This document shows positions 19,109 to 30,074 of a stretch of 64,000 nucleotides of DNA, in pieces (within the stretch, counting starts at the first letter, position 1; the number at the start of each line of letters is the position of its first letter). The notes beneath the pieces are model-generated. The model saw nothing but the letters and a program-made list of their open reading frames with translations, had not been told where the DNA came from and searched no databases. Made by a program: the position numbers and the translations under genes. Origin of the DNA: Terriglobia bacterium (GTDB lineage: Bacteria > Acidobacteriota > Terriglobia > 2-12-FULL-54-10); contig CAXVYR010000003.1 in the NCBI GenBank assembly GCA_963666975.2, positions 1,248,001 through 1,312,000 of the forward strand, given 5' to 3'.

Positions 19109-19942
19109 TCAGTTCATTGGCGCCCGCGCCGCTACATCCGAAAGCAGCCGCTGCAAGGCCGCCCCCGGGTCTTCCTGCCTCATGAAACTTTCCCCAATCA
19201 GGAAGGCGTCAAAGCCAGCCGAGCGAAGACGCTCCAGGTCCTCGGCGCTGCGCAGGCCGCTTTCACTGATTGCAACCGTCTCATCGGGTATGTCGCCGAT
19301 CAGAGCGAAAGACGTTTTGATGGAAACCTCAAAGGTGTGCAAGTTCCGGTTGTTGACCCCGATGATTTCACTCCCTGCCTCCAGCGCAACGGCGAGTTCC
19401 TCCGCCGTGTGGACCTCCACCAGGGCGTCCAGCCCCAGTGTGCGGCTCGTGCTCAGCAACCGGCGCAGCACTTGCGGCTGCAAGATGGCCACGATCAGCA
19501 GAACCGCGTCCGCTCCGGCGGCGGCGGCCTCGTAGAGGTGATACTCCTCCAAGGTGAAGTCTTTCCTCAACACGGGCAGTAAGCTGGCCGCTTTTGCCTG
19601 CTTCAAATCTTCCAGGGACCCTTGGAAAAACTCCCGGTCGGTCAGCACCGAAAGCGCCCGCGCCCCCGCCTCCCGGTAACTTCGGGCAATGCCGGAAGGA
19701 TCATAATTCTCGCGCAGCACGCCCGCCGAGGGAGACGCCTTTTTCAACTCCGCAATGATGGCGCAGCCGTGCTGCCCCTCGGAAGGAGACAGCAACGCCT
19801 GCAGGAAACGTCCAGGCGGGCGCGGCGTTACCCTCTTCTCCAACTCCTTCTGAGGCACCCTCAGTTTCGCGGACTCCAGTTCTGTTTGCTTGGCCCGGAC
19901 TATGCGTTCCAGGAACTGTGGGGGTTGCGCTCGGGCCGCCAT
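19109..19942 (-). CDS. trpC: Indole-3-glycerol phosphate synthase
   Basis: IAELKKASPS, SVLTD, LRKDF, GVNNRNL, SESG, LIGE. Confidence 0.95.
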   Translation of the reverse strand: MAARAQPPQFLERIVRAKQTELESAKLRVPQKELEKRVTPRPPGRFLQALLSPSEGQHGCAIIAELKKASPSAGVLRENYDPSGIARSYREAGARALSVLTDREFFQGSLEDLKQAKAASLLPVLRKDFTLEEYHLYEAAAAGADAVLLIVAILQPQVLRRLLSTSRTLGLDALVEVHTAEELAVALEAGSEIIGVNNRNLHTFEVSIKTSFALIGDIPDETVAISESGLRSAEDLERLRSAGFDAFLIGESFMRQEDPGAALQRLLSDVAARAPMN

Positions 19943-20141
19943 CTTCTTGACTCCGTTATACATCCAGCAATTAGCGGAAAATTGGGGAAATTCGATGCTA
20001 GCGACAAGCAGCTTGGCAAGTCAAGCAAATAAGCCTCCTGTGGATGCAGCAACCCCTGTGGCGAAGAGGCAAGAAACTTCCGCGACTGTCCCGCCGGGAG
20101 TGTGAGGTATAATCAAATAAATTCTTCTTCAAAGAGGGCAG

Positions 20142-20288
20142 ATGGAAAATTTTACTTTAGTGCTTTTCGCGGGTTGGATTCTCTTGATGGGATGTTTTGC
20201 AGCCATGTATTTCATGGACAACGCCGTCAAGAAGGTGGATGCAGAGCGCGCCAGCGCGCCGGAACAAAACGCGCCGCGACGCCGCTAA
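20142..20288 (+). CDS. Small single-pass membrane protein, 48 aa, absent from ORF track
   Basis: TATAAT at 20108-20113, AGAGGG RBS, MENFTLVLFAGWILLMGCFAAMYFMDNAVKKVDAERASAPEQNAPRRR. Confidence 0.65.
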   Translation: MENFTLVLFAGWILLMGCFAAMYFMDNAVKKVDAERASAPEQNAPRRR

Positions 20289-20370
20289 GCCCGGAACTCC
20301 AAACACTCCGTCCCTGCCGCTTGAATTGCAGCAGGCGGATAATTTCTTTCTTCTTGATTCCTTGCCGAAA

Positions 20371-20709
20371 CTAAGCCCACAGCATCACGCCGGCCACTAC
20401 GGTGCCGGCAATGGCGGCTCCGTAACAGAGAACAGCTAAAAGCGTATTGATACTTTTCAGGCCCAGGTGAACCAGTATAAAGCGGAAGCGGTGCGCCCAG
20501 TGGAAAAGCGGAAGGGAGATCAGCATAAAGCAGTAGAGACGGACCAGCGGGTTGGCAAGCAGGGTTTGCACTTTGTCAAACTCCAGGGAAACAAGTCCCA
20601 GCGGCCAGGCAATTCCCATCAGGAAGATGTGCAGGGGAATCAGAAAAGCGGCGACGACTCCCCCCGCAGAGAATAAGGACCACCAAATCGGCTCGTTCGA
20701 TTTCGCCAT
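20371..20709 (-). CDS. frdD: Fumarate reductase membrane anchor D
   Basis: SNEPIWWSLFSAGG, HWAHR, CYG; three hydrophobic segments. Confidence 0.9.
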   Translation of the reverse strand: MAKSNEPIWWSLFSAGGVVAAFLIPLHIFLMGIAWPLGLVSLEFDKVQTLLANPLVRLYCFMLISLPLFHWAHRFRFILVHLGLKSINTLLAVLCYGAAIAGTVVAGVMLWA

Positions 20710-20712
20710 TTT

Positions 20713-21096
20713 TCAACTCTTCAAAATCATCCAGGCAACAAAGGCGGAGATTGCAATCCAGGCCACGTAATGGGACCCCAAGATGAGCCCCGAGGGAACC
20801 CGATCCTCGCCGATATGCAGCATCATGGCTTTGGGGGTCAGGGAAAACCAACTCAGGGTGTGAATCAGCGCGAAGGCTAAAGCTACAATGTGAAATAAGA
20901 TCGCAAGCGAGGATTGCAGACTGTCCAGAAAAGTCTGATAGGCCTCCGGCCCTTGCGAAATGCGCTGGAGCATCACCATGAAAACCACCACGTAGGCGGC
21001 GACAAAGATGCTGCTGACCTCCCGGGCCATGAAGGACAGATACGGCAGCCGCTGGAGCCACCAATCGCGGGGCATCGGGCGAATGTAAGGCTTCAT
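20713..21096 (-). CDS. frdC: Fumarate reductase membrane anchor C
   Basis: KPYIRPM..WW...Y..FM.RE, HTLSWF..TPKAM. Confidence 0.9.
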   Translation of the reverse strand: MKPYIRPMPRDWWLQRLPYLSFMAREVSSIFVAAYVVVFMVMLQRISQGPEAYQTFLDSLQSSLAILFHIVALAFALIHTLSWFSLTPKAMMLHIGEDRVPSGLILGSHYVAWIAISAFVAWMILKS

Positions 21097-21857
21097 TTCT
21101 TCCCTCCCCAAGGCCACAGGACTTCCTGGAACCAATCAATTGTGCTGGACAACTTGGCCTGCTGGATGGCCGCCGCCGGGTCCACGTGCTTGGGACAGAC
21201 GGCGGAGCACTCCCCGACGAAAGTGCACTGCCAGATCCCCTCGTGGCTGGCCACCTCTTCTTGCCGCTGCGACCGCCCTTGATCGCGGGAATCGAGATTA
21301 TAGCGCTGGGCCAGGGCGATGGCAGCAGGGCCCAGGAAATTCGTCTCCAGCCCGTAGACCGGGCAGGCGGAATAGCACAGCATGCAATTGATACACATGC
21401 TGAAGTCCTTGAACCGTGCATGCTCGGCGGGGCTTTGCAAATATTCCCCCTCCGATACGGGCTTCTCTCCGTCCTTTCGAATGATCCAGGGCTGAATACT
21501 TTTCAGCTTCCCAATGAAATCATCCAGCTGAATCACCAAGTCGCGGGTGACCGGAAAATTCGCCAGCGGCTCCACTCGGATTGTGTTCGGGTAGTAATCT
21601 CTGAGGAAGGCCGAGCAGCTGAGCTTCGGAATCCCATTGACCATCATCCCGCAACTGCCACAGACACCCATCCGGCAGGACCACCGGTAGGTGAGCGTCC
21701 CATCCAATTCATCCTTGATATAGTTGATGGCATCCAGCACAACCCAGTCTTCCCGAAAGGGGACTTCATAGGTTTGGAACTTCGGCTCCTCTCCTTTGTC
21801 GGGACTATACCGAAAGATCTCCAATCGGATGGTGCCGTTGGGTGCGTTATTTGCCAT
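21093..21857 (-). CDS. frdB: Fumarate reductase iron-sulfur subunit
   Basis: [37 protein letters not shown]. Confidence 0.95.
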   Translation of the reverse strand: MANNAPNGTIRLEIFRYSPDKGEEPKFQTYEVPFREDWVVLDAINYIKDELDGTLTYRWSCRMGVCGSCGMMVNGIPKLSCSAFLRDYYPNTIRVEPLANFPVTRDLVIQLDDFIGKLKSIQPWIIRKDGEKPVSEGEYLQSPAEHARFKDFSMCINCMLCYSACPVYGLETNFLGPAAIALAQRYNLDSRDQGRSQRQEEVASHEGIWQCTFVGECSAVCPKHVDPAAAIQQAKLSSTIDWFQEVLWPWGGKK

Positions 21858-23586
21858 AAACTCGCTCTTTGGGTGGCCAGCGCGTGATAACCACGTCCTT
21901 GTATTCAATGCGGGGCTCTGCATCGGTTCGATACGCCATGGAGTGCTTCAGGAATTTCTGGTCATCCCGGGCGGTATGGTCCGTGCGCTGGTGGGAACCC
22001 CGTGATTCGGTGCGGCAGAGAGCGGAGTGAAGCAAGGATTGACCGATATCCAGCAGAAACTCCAACTCCAGGACCGAGATCAGTTCTGTATTATACGAAA
22101 GACTCCGGTCATCCAGCGCCACATTTCGAAAACGGTCTTTGAGAGCAGCCATTCCCGAGCAGGCCTTCTGCAGAGCGTCTCCGGAGCGGTAGATGCCCGC
22201 GCCAGCCTCCATAAGCCGGTTCATTTCCAGCCGCAGCGTGGCAACCCGCTCGGTGCCTCCCTGCTTTCGGATGAACTGCGAGGCGATCCGTTCCTGCTCA
22301 TCAGAGGCCTGTGCCTTCAGCTTCTCGCCGGCAAGGGCGGGGTGCTCGGCGGCAAACCGCGCAGCAGCGTGGGCTGCCCGCCTTCCAAAAACCAGCAGTT
22401 CCGTGAGGGAGTTCGAACCCAGGCGGTTAGCGCCGTTCAGGCTGATGCAAGCGCACTCCCCGGCGGCATACAGACCCGGAACCACCGTTGCCCCTTCGAT
22501 GTCTGTATCCACGCCGCCCATGATGTAGTGGATCACGGGACGGACCAGGATCGGCTTGTAAACCGGATCAATCCCGGCGTAATTTTTCGACAGCTCCCGA
22601 ACGAAGGGCAGCTTCTTGTTGATCTTGGCCTCGCCTAAGTGCCGCAGGTCCAGATGAACCGCGCTCCCGAAAGGAGTGGAGATCGTGCGGCCTTTCGCCT
22701 CTTCCTGCATAAATGCCTGGGAAAGGCGGTCTCGCGGACCCAACTCCATAGCTCGCTTCCGAAAGGGTTCCGGCGGCCCTAATCCGTAATCTTGCAGATA
22801 GCGGTAGCCGTCCTTATTCGTCAGGATTCCGCCTTCGCCGCGCGCAGCCTCCGTAATGAGGATGCCCGAGCCGGGAAGCCCGGTGGGGTGATACTGAACG
22901 AACTCCATGTCTTTGAGCGCCACGCCGGCCTGATATGCCAGGAACATGCCGTCGCCGGTTTTGATCGCCCCGTTGGTGGTAAACGGGAACAGGCGGCCCG
23001 CGCCGCCCGTGCACAAAATCACAGCCTTGCCGAGAATGGCATGGAGCTGGCCGGTGAGCAACTCAATTGCCGCCACCCCCTGGCATCGCCCGTCATCCAC
23101 CAAGAGCCTTGTCGCAAACCACTCGTCATACCACTGGAGAGACTGAAACTTGAGGGCGGTTTGATAGAGGGTGTGGAGCATGTGGAAGCCGGTCTTGTCC
23201 GCGGCGAACCATGTCCGCTCGATGAGCATCCCGCCGAAGGGGCGCACGGCGACCTGGCCGTTCGGCTCGCGACTCCACGGGCATCCCCAGTGTTCCATTC
23301 GGATCAGCTCGCTGGGCGCTTCATTTACAAAGGTTTCAATCACGTCCTGGTCTGCCAGCCAGTCCGAGCCGGAGACGGTGTCGTGGCAATGATCCTCCAG
23401 GCTGTCGTTGGATTTGATGACTGCGGCCGCGCCTCCCTCGGCAGCCACCGTATGGCTGCGCATCGGGTACACTTTAGAGACCACCGCAGTGCGGAGCTTC
23501 GGGAACGACTCGCCCAACTCAATCGCAGCCCGCAGGCCGGCTCCCCCGCCTCCGACGATCACTACGTCATACTCGTGACTTTCCAT
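21847..23586 (-). CDS. frdA: Fumarate reductase flavoprotein subunit
   Basis: [46 protein letters not shown]. Confidence 0.95.
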   Translation of the reverse strand: MESHEYDVVIVGGGGAGLRAAIELGESFPKLRTAVVSKVYPMRSHTVAAEGGAAAVIKSNDSLEDHCHDTVSGSDWLADQDVIETFVNEAPSELIRMEHWGCPWSREPNGQVAVRPFGGMLIERTWFAADKTGFHMLHTLYQTALKFQSLQWYDEWFATRLLVDDGRCQGVAAIELLTGQLHAILGKAVILCTGGAGRLFPFTTNGAIKTGDGMFLAYQAGVALKDMEFVQYHPTGLPGSGILITEAARGEGGILTNKDGYRYLQDYGLGPPEPFRKRAMELGPRDRLSQAFMQEEAKGRTISTPFGSAVHLDLRHLGEAKINKKLPFVRELSKNYAGIDPVYKPILVRPVIHYIMGGVDTDIEGATVVPGLYAAGECACISLNGANRLGSNSLTELLVFGRRAAHAAARFAAEHPALAGEKLKAQASDEQERIASQFIRKQGGTERVATLRLEMNRLMEAGAGIYRSGDALQKACSGMAALKDRFRNVALDDRSLSYNTELISVLELEFLLDIGQSLLHSALCRTESRGSHQRTDHTARDDQKFLKHSMAYRTDAEPRIEYKDVVITRWPPKERVYGK

Positions 23587-23805
23587 CTAAGTAAGCCTCA
23601 AAACCGCGAAAACTACCATCTGTCGCAAGCTGGAATTCTCTCAAGCCTTGGCAGGAAACATCCCCGGAAAAGATCGCAAGAAAGAACCGGGCTTGCTGAA
23701 AAAGAGGTCATTTTGCTCCTATTCCATGATGCTGTCAAGGTCGCAGTGTGGCCATAGTGTGGAACGGGATAATACATTTACATCAATTTGCTTTTTCTTT
23801 ATTTT

Positions 23806-23841
23806 CGCAAATTTCAGCGCAAGTTTCAGCGCAAATTTCAA
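23806..23841. repeat. Three tandem copies of a 12-bp unit (CGCAARTTTCAR), intergenic
   Basis: CGCAAATTTCAG CGCAAGTTTCAG CGCAAATTTCAA read directly. Confidence 0.9.
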
Positions 23842-23879
23842 CGAAGCTTGGCTGTTGCCTGCTCAGTAGCTGGCCGCTG

Positions 23880-25307
23880 CTACAGCCCGCGAACAAACTT
23901 CTCCGTGCGCGACAGCACCTCACGAACGACTTCTTGTGATTCTGCTTCCACATAAACACGCAACAGCGGCTCGGTTCCGGAGGGGCGCACCAACAGCCAG
24001 GCTCCGTTATCCAGATATAGCTTGACCCCGTCCATATCCTCGCGCCGCAGGAGCCCATAGCCCACGAACTGACCGAGGCCCTCGCGGGAAACCTCCTCCA
24101 CGGCCCGGTCTTTTTGATCGGGCCGCAGTTCCAGGTCGACGCGGCCGTAGTGGTGCGGGCCGAACTCGCGGTGCAGTTCTGCCACCAACTCTCCCAGCGA
24201 TTTTCCGTAATACGTCATGGCGTCGGCCAGCAACACGGACATCAGGATTCCGTCCCGCTCCGGCCCTCCCAGCGAGGGAATGCCGATGCCTCCACTCTCC
24301 TCGCCGCCGATCAGGATATCGGTCGAGAGCATCCGGTCGCAAATATACTTGAAGCCGATCGGCGTTTCATAAAGCGGCAGGGAATACCGTGCAGCCAGCT
24401 TGTCCACCAGCTTGGTGGTCGAGAAAGTCTTGGTGACCCCGCCCTTCATTCCCCGGCCCTCCGCGAGGTACCTCAACAGGATGGAAAAAATTTGGTGGGA
24501 ATCAATAAACTGGCCCGTGCGGTCCACAGCGCCCACGCGGTCGGCGTCGCCGTCGGTGGCAAATCCCGCATCTGCCTTTGATTCGAGCACCGCCTCCCGC
24601 AAACCGCTGATGTGGGGCTCGATGGGCTCCGGATTCAGCCCGCCAAACATCGGGTCTGCCTCGCCGTGGATTTCCCGGCAGCAGATGCCATGTTTCTCCA
24701 GCAACCGAACCATGCAACCGCGCGCGGCACCGTACATCGGGTCGAATACAAAAGTAAAGCCGCGCTTGGCAATATTTTTGAGATCAACGGCCTGTTCGAT
24801 GTGGCGGAGGTAGGGCTCGACCAAATCCGCCGTCACCAGCTTGGCCCCGTCTGGCCGGGCTGCGGCAGCTTGGGAGGCGGCGGGAAGTTCCGCCTCGATT
24901 TTTTTTACAATCTCAGGAGCCGCCGAGCCTCCATAGCTGGCCTTGAACTTAATCCCGTTCCACTGCCAGGGATTGTGGCTCGCCGTCACCAGCAGGGCTC
25001 CGGCGGCGCCCTGCTGCCTCACGGCAAAGGCAACAGCGGGCGTCGATGTGTAACTCTCCGCCAGCCGCGCGGGAATGCCCGCCGCCGCAATTTCCTCCGC
25101 AGCAGCGCGGGCGAAATGGTCGCTCATAAAACGGCAGTCATAGCCGACCACCAAGCCACGGCTCGCATCCTCATGCGCGAGAACATACCGCCCCACAGCG
25201 CGGGCCACCAGGCGGACATTATCAAAGGTGAAATCGTCCGCAATGACGCCTCTCCATCCATCGGTTCCGAAACGAATGGAGGGCACAGACTTCTCGGCTT
25301 GTGTCAT
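23880..25307 (-). CDS. Phosphoglucomutase/phosphomannomutase
   Basis: FGTDG, TASHNP, DGDADR, GGEESGG, RPSGTEP. Confidence 0.95.
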   Translation of the reverse strand: MTQAEKSVPSIRFGTDGWRGVIADDFTFDNVRLVARAVGRYVLAHEDASRGLVVGYDCRFMSDHFARAAAEEIAAAGIPARLAESYTSTPAVAFAVRQQGAAGALLVTASHNPWQWNGIKFKASYGGSAAPEIVKKIEAELPAASQAAAARPDGAKLVTADLVEPYLRHIEQAVDLKNIAKRGFTFVFDPMYGAARGCMVRLLEKHGICCREIHGEADPMFGGLNPEPIEPHISGLREAVLESKADAGFATDGDADRVGAVDRTGQFIDSHQIFSILLRYLAEGRGMKGGVTKTFSTTKLVDKLAARYSLPLYETPIGFKYICDRMLSTDILIGGEESGGIGIPSLGGPERDGILMSVLLADAMTYYGKSLGELVAELHREFGPHHYGRVDLELRPDQKDRAVEEVSREGLGQFVGYGLLRREDMDGVKLYLDNGAWLLVRPSGTEPLLRVYVEAESQEVVREVLSRTEKFVRGL

Positions 25308-25339
25308 GATTATTTCCTAGAGCAAATCCTCTTTATTCC

Positions 25340-26452
25340 CTAGAGCAGTTCTTCCCGGCGGGCTTTCTCCAACCGGCTGACCACTTGGGAAATCTGCTGG
25401 GTTTGATCTCTTCGGACAATCAACAAAGCATCTGGGGTTTCCACCACGACCAGGTCTTCCAGGCCCACCGCCGCAACCAGTTTTCCTGGAACGTCCACCA
25501 GAATTCCGCTCGAATCAATCAGTAGTGTCTCGGAACACAGGGCGTTCCGCCGGTCATCGTGGGGCAACAAATCGTACACTGCGCTCCATGTTCCCAGATC
25601 ATTCCATCCGAAATCGCAGGGGATTCCAACCACCTGAGAAGCTTTTTCCAATACGGCGTAGTCCACGGAGATGTTTTCACAGGCCGGAAAAAGCTCGGCG
25701 AGCGCGCGCGGCAGGCGCTTCCGCTGGTCGCCGCCGGGACCGGACACCTTGGCGCGGATGGCCGCCAGTGTCGCAGCCGTCCGGGGAAGGTGGCGCTGGA
25801 GAGACTCGCGTATTACACTCGCCTTCCAAAAAAACATCCCGCTGTTCCAAAAAAACCTTTTGGTCTTGAGATATCTGCGCGCAACCGCGAGGCTGGGCTT
25901 TTCACGGAACCGTTCCACGGGAAGCGCCCGCAGCGGGGCCAGCGCCGGGCGGCGCGCAAATTCCACGTAACCGTAACCCGTCTCCGGCCACCGCGGCGAG
26001 ATGCCCAAAACCACAATTTTCCCCAGGCGCGCATGCTTCGCCGCCAGCCGCAGCACTCTGTGGAACGCCGCCGGTTTGCGAATCAAATGATCGGAAGGGA
26101 ACACGCCCAGAACCGCATCGGGGTCCCGTGCGGCTATCAGCTCCGCGGCCAGCCCAATGCAGGGAGCCGTATTGCGCTGCACGGGTTCGGCGATGATCTG
26201 CGCGCGCGGCACCTCAGGCAGTTGACGGCAAACTTCACGAACCAAATTCCGGTTGGTGAATATCCAGATATCCCGCGATGGAATCATTGGACGCAGACGG
26301 TCCACGGTTTGCCGCAGCAGGCTGGTGGGGCCCCAAAGCTTCATCAACTGCTTCGGATTGTTCCGGCGGCTGCGCGGCCAGAAGCGCGTGCCGCGTCCTC
26401 CCGCCAGGATCACGCCGTAAAGGCGGCCCGAAGGCTTGCGCTGTGCGCTCAT
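25340..26452 (-). CDS. manC: Mannose-1-phosphate guanylyltransferase
   Basis: ILAGGRGTRFWPRSR, PKQ, RNTAP, ETGYGY, WNSGMF, SVDYA, WNDLG. Confidence 0.93.
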   Translation of the reverse strand: MSAQRKPSGRLYGVILAGGRGTRFWPRSRRNNPKQLMKLWGPTSLLRQTVDRLRPMIPSRDIWIFTNRNLVREVCRQLPEVPRAQIIAEPVQRNTAPCIGLAAELIAARDPDAVLGVFPSDHLIRKPAAFHRVLRLAAKHARLGKIVVLGISPRWPETGYGYVEFARRPALAPLRALPVERFREKPSLAVARRYLKTKRFFWNSGMFFWKASVIRESLQRHLPRTAATLAAIRAKVSGPGGDQRKRLPRALAELFPACENISVDYAVLEKASQVVGIPCDFGWNDLGTWSAVYDLLPHDDRRNALCSETLLIDSSGILVDVPGKLVAAVGLEDLVVVETPDALLIVRRDQTQQISQVVSRLEKARREELL

Positions 26453-27630
26453 GTCATCTCTCCGGAAAGGGCTGGCGGTTCGGGGAAGCACATCGCTTGC
26501 AACTGCTGCTCCGAGAAACCATGCGCGCGGAGCGGGACGCGAATGTCGGCCTCCAAATCCGGCTGGAAACTTCGCAGGAACACGCATCTGGACGCCGGTG
26601 CGACGAAAAAAGTTTGGGCGGCGGCAGGCATCACGATCACTTCCCCTTTCCCGCACTTCGCACGTTGTCCCCCCGCCTCAAACTCTGCTTCTCCTTCGAG
26701 ACCGATCCAAATTTCAAACCGGTCCCTGGTTGAATGGCGGCAAACCCCTTCCAGGACAAGCTTCTCAGTAGCAAAGTAGGGACAGGCCACCAGACAATAC
26801 GCCCGACCATGCGCCAGGCTATGCGCCAGGCCATGCATTGTGCCCTGCTTCCGATGGCACTCGAGCGGGCTGGTGCGGCCGCCTGGCGTCTTTATCTGCA
26901 AAACCTCCAAACCTTTTTCCACATGCAGCGTCCGGGGCCGTCCGTCATTGCCGGGGCGTTTGTAATCGTAGAGTCGGTAGGTGATATCAGAGTTCTGCTG
27001 AATTTCGCACAAGATCAATCCCGCGCCGATCGTATGGATGGTTCCGGCGGGCACATAGAACGTCTCGCCCTCGCCCACCTCCCGCCAGTAAAGCATGTCT
27101 TCAATGTCGCCGCTCTCGATAGCAGCCTGCAGAGTTTTCCGGTCGAGGCCCTGGTTTGCCAGCAACTCCTCCCGGAACCCCACGGCCAGCCGGGCGCCTG
27201 TTTCCGCCTGCAACACATGCCACATCTCCGTCTTGCCATCCGAGCTCTCCCGCTTGCGGGCATAGAGGTCCGGAGGATGGACCTGCACGCTCAGCTTCTC
27301 CGTAGTGAAAAGAAATTTCACCAGCAGCGGGAATGCCTGCGGGGATTGCGTACGGGAATTGTGTATCTGCCGCCCTAAAAGTTCCGGACCGCAGGAGCGG
27401 CAAAGCTCACCGAGGGTTGAGCCTTTCCACGCGCCGTTCTCAACACGGTTGCTATCGGCGGTTAACCAAACTTCCCCCACCGGGTGCGGCGACGCTGGAG
27501 GAGAGTCATACAGGTAGGAGAGGTCCTTCCGGCCCCAAACCCGTTCCTGGAAAAAAGGTTCCAGTTTTAGCGGATAGCTACAGGTGGCGGCAGGAATCTG
27601 TTCCGGAGTGCAGGACGGCAAGCGGCTCAA
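26449..27630 (-). CDS. manA: Type I mannose-6-phosphate isomerase
   Basis: GEVW, FPLLVK, LSVQVHP, KTEMW, GTIH, EIQQNSD.TYR.YD. Confidence 0.9.
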   Translation of the reverse strand: MSRLPSCTPEQIPAATCSYPLKLEPFFQERVWGRKDLSYLYDSPPASPHPVGEVWLTADSNRVENGAWKGSTLGELCRSCGPELLGRQIHNSRTQSPQAFPLLVKFLFTTEKLSVQVHPPDLYARKRESSDGKTEMWHVLQAETGARLAVGFREELLANQGLDRKTLQAAIESGDIEDMLYWREVGEGETFYVPAGTIHTIGAGLILCEIQQNSDITYRLYDYKRPGNDGRPRTLHVEKGLEVLQIKTPGGRTSPLECHRKQGTMHGLAHSLAHGRAYCLVACPYFATEKLVLEGVCRHSTRDRFEIWIGLEGEAEFEAGGQRAKCGKGEVIVMPAAAQTFFVAPASRCVFLRSFQPDLEADIRVPLRAHGFSEQQLQAMCFPEPPALSGEMT

Positions 27631-28865
27631 TCTCCCTGCTTGGCAAAGAAACTTTCCAGACGCTTCAGACCTTCTTCCAGGTTCGCCATCGACGTTGCGT
27701 AGGAGAGGCGGAAATGCTCCTTCGTGCCGAACGCTTCGCCGGACACCACCACGACACCGGCTTCCCGCAAGAGCTTCCCTCCCAACTCATTCACAGAAGC
27801 GGCCATGCTTGCTTTGCCGCCGGAGCCCTTGGGCGGATTGAGAAATGAGGAGACGTTGGGATACGCATAAAACGCGCCTTGCGGCAGGGTGCAGGAAACG
27901 CCCGGAATCTCGCTCAGTTTTTTTACCACAAACTCGCGGCGGCGACGGTACTCCTGCAACATTTGCTGCACGGAATCCTGCGGGCCGATGAGGGCCTCGA
28001 TCCCCGCCTGCTGCACGATGGAGGTGGGATTGGAAGTGCTGTGGCTCTGCAGCTTCAGCATCGCCGAGACCAAAGGCGCCGGAGCCATGGCAAAACCGAG
28101 ACGCCATCCCGTCATAGCGTAAGTTTTTGAAAGCGAACCGACCAGGATCAGATGGTCCTTGGCGCCCGGCAGCGAGCCAACGGAGAAAGGCGATTGTTCA
28201 TAAAGAAAGTAGCAGTAGCATTCATCGGAGAGGAGCATCGCGCCGTGGCTGGCGGTGACTTCCAAAATCCGCTCCATCTCCTTGGGCGGAATGACGGCTC
28301 CGCTCGGGTTGGACGGCGAATTCACAATCACCAGCCGCGTGCGGGGCGTGAGGGCCGCCTGGACCATCTCCGCCGTCAGAGCAAAGTTTTCCGTCTCGCG
28401 GGTCTCCAGCATCACCGGATGCCCGCCCGCATAGTTGATGCAATCGCAAAAAGTGACCCAGTAGGGCACCGGCAGGATCACATCGTCTCCAGGGTTCACC
28501 AGACTGCAAATCAGGTTGAAGATGGCCTGCTTGCCTCCGGCTGTGGCGATGACCTCGGCGGGAACATAAGAGGAACCGAAGTCAGCGGCGTGACGTTCGA
28601 CGATTGCTTGCCGCAGTTCAGCGGTGCCCGCCGCCGGGGTATATTTACTAAAGTTCTCCCGGATAGCGCGGATCGCCGCCTCTTTAATGTTGTCGGGGGT
28701 GAAAAAGTCGGGTTCCCCAGCTCCAAAATCCACCAGGCTCGCGCCCTGGGCGCGGAGTTTTGCCGCTTCCATAACCACGGCTTGGGTGGCGGAGACGGAG
28801 ATGCGCGAAACGCGTTGCGAAAGCGAGAAATTCGCTGCGGACAGGCTGGATTGCGGATTAGCCAT
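27627..28865 (-). CDS. PLP-dependent class I/II aminotransferase (aspartate aminotransferase-like)
   Basis: GEPDF, NSPSNPSG, DECY, SLSKTYAMTGWRLG, RLSYA. Confidence 0.93.
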   Translation of the reverse strand: MANPQSSLSAANFSLSQRVSRISVSATQAVVMEAAKLRAQGASLVDFGAGEPDFFTPDNIKEAAIRAIRENFSKYTPAAGTAELRQAIVERHAADFGSSYVPAEVIATAGGKQAIFNLICSLVNPGDDVILPVPYWVTFCDCINYAGGHPVMLETRETENFALTAEMVQAALTPRTRLVIVNSPSNPSGAVIPPKEMERILEVTASHGAMLLSDECYCYFLYEQSPFSVGSLPGAKDHLILVGSLSKTYAMTGWRLGFAMAPAPLVSAMLKLQSHSTSNPTSIVQQAGIEALIGPQDSVQQMLQEYRRRREFVVKKLSEIPGVSCTLPQGAFYAYPNVSSFLNPPKGSGGKASMAASVNELGGKLLREAGVVVVSGEAFGTKEHFRLSYATSMANLEEGLKRLESFFAKQGD

Positions 28866-28869
28866 TGTA

Positions 28870-29355
28870 TTATTCCACCTTGGCTCGGAGTCGCTCTTCC
28901 ACCACGGGCGGAACCAAACCCTTCACATCCCCGCCCAGTTGGCAGACTTCCTTCACCAACCGCGAGCTCAAATAGGTATAGGCCACGGCCGGCATCATAA
29001 AAACGGTTTCGATATTGGAGTCGAGCTTACGATTCATCAATGCCATCTGTAGCTCGTTTTCATAGTCGGAGACGGCTCGAATCCCCCGGAGGATCACACG
29101 CGCCTGGCAGCGGACGGCGAAATCCACCAGCAGCCCCCCAAAGGTGTCGACGGAAACATTCGAGCAATGCCGGGTAGCTTCTCGCAACATCTCCGCCCTT
29201 TCATCGACGCTGAACAGGGGATTCTTTTCGATGTTCCGAAGAACAGCCACGATGAGATTGTCAAAAATCTTGCTGCCCCGCTCGATGAGATCCAGATGAC
29301 CATTGGTGATTGGATCGAAGGTGCCCGGATAGATGGCCGTAAGGCGCTGAGTCAA
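28870..29355 (-). CDS. coaD: Phosphopantetheine adenylyltransferase
   Basis: YPGTFDPITNGH, RGIR..SD..E, SSRLVKE. Confidence 0.96.
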   Translation of the reverse strand: MTQRLTAIYPGTFDPITNGHLDLIERGSKIFDNLIVAVLRNIEKNPLFSVDERAEMLREATRHCSNVSVDTFGGLLVDFAVRCQARVILRGIRAVSDYENELQMALMNRKLDSNIETVFMMPAVAYTYLSSRLVKEVCQLGGDVKGLVPPVVEERLRAKVE

Positions 29356-29471
29356 CGCGAATCCTCACAGAAAAACTGAATCGTCGTGCGCTTGCCCCTC
29401 ATTATACTGACCGTCCAGATAGGCGTCAATGCTGGCGTGGAGAGACCTTTTGCGCGCCTCGCCAGTAAAGT

Positions 29472-30041
29472 TCAACCACTCCTGTAAAAACTCAACGCGC
29501 TCGATCCCCGCACGAGCAGCCGTTCACGCACCCATCCGCCCGCTTGCTCCTGCAACGATTCGCTCCGGCTATGCTCCAGGATCATCGCCGCGCCGCGCGC
29601 CATCAAGCGGCTGGCAGCCAGCCATTCCAGAGCGCGAACATACTCCTGGCGGACAGCGTAGGGAGGATCCAGGAAACAAAAATCCGCCCGCACGCCACGC
29701 TGCTCGAGCACTCGCAATCCTTTCCTCGCGGACGCGCGAATGGCTTCCGCCTTTTTACCAGCATCATTTTCACCTGCAATGAGCGCTGCAAGGTTTCCGA
29801 GCAAGATGCGGCTGGCAGCCGCATTCTGCTCAATCAGAAAAACCCGCCGGGCGCCGCGGCTCAACGCCTCCAGTCCAACCGCTCCGCTCCCTGCATAGCA
29901 ATCGATAAAAACGGAATCCTCCACGGCTGCCCCTAAAACGTCGAACAACGTCTCCCGCAGCCGGTCGCTCGTAGGACGCAACGACTGGCCCCGCATTGTC
30001 TTGAGAACCCGCCCTCGATAGTTACCCGCGATGATTCGCAT
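29472..30041 (-). CDS. rsmD: 16S rRNA (G966-N2) methyltransferase
   Basis: MRIIAG, RPTSDRLRE, AGSGAVG.EALSRGA, DPPY. Confidence 0.93.
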   Translation of the reverse strand: MRIIAGNYRGRVLKTMRGQSLRPTSDRLRETLFDVLGAAVEDSVFIDCYAGSGAVGLEALSRGARRVFLIEQNAAASRILLGNLAALIAGENDAGKKAEAIRASARKGLRVLEQRGVRADFCFLDPPYAVRQEYVRALEWLAASRLMARGAAMILEHSRSESLQEQAGGWVRERLLVRGSSALSFYRSG

Positions 30042-30074
30042 GGGTCAATATAAACTACCGCAGTGAAAAGTGAT

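Noticed and set aside
19073-19112. Loose 11-bp periodic repeat (CCATCA...) between trpC and trpF
   Set aside because: Too degenerate to separate from chance; not counted among the duplications.
23806-23841. Possible CRISPR-like array
   Set aside because: 12-bp units with no spacers and no cas genes; no CRISPR array seen anywhere in the window.
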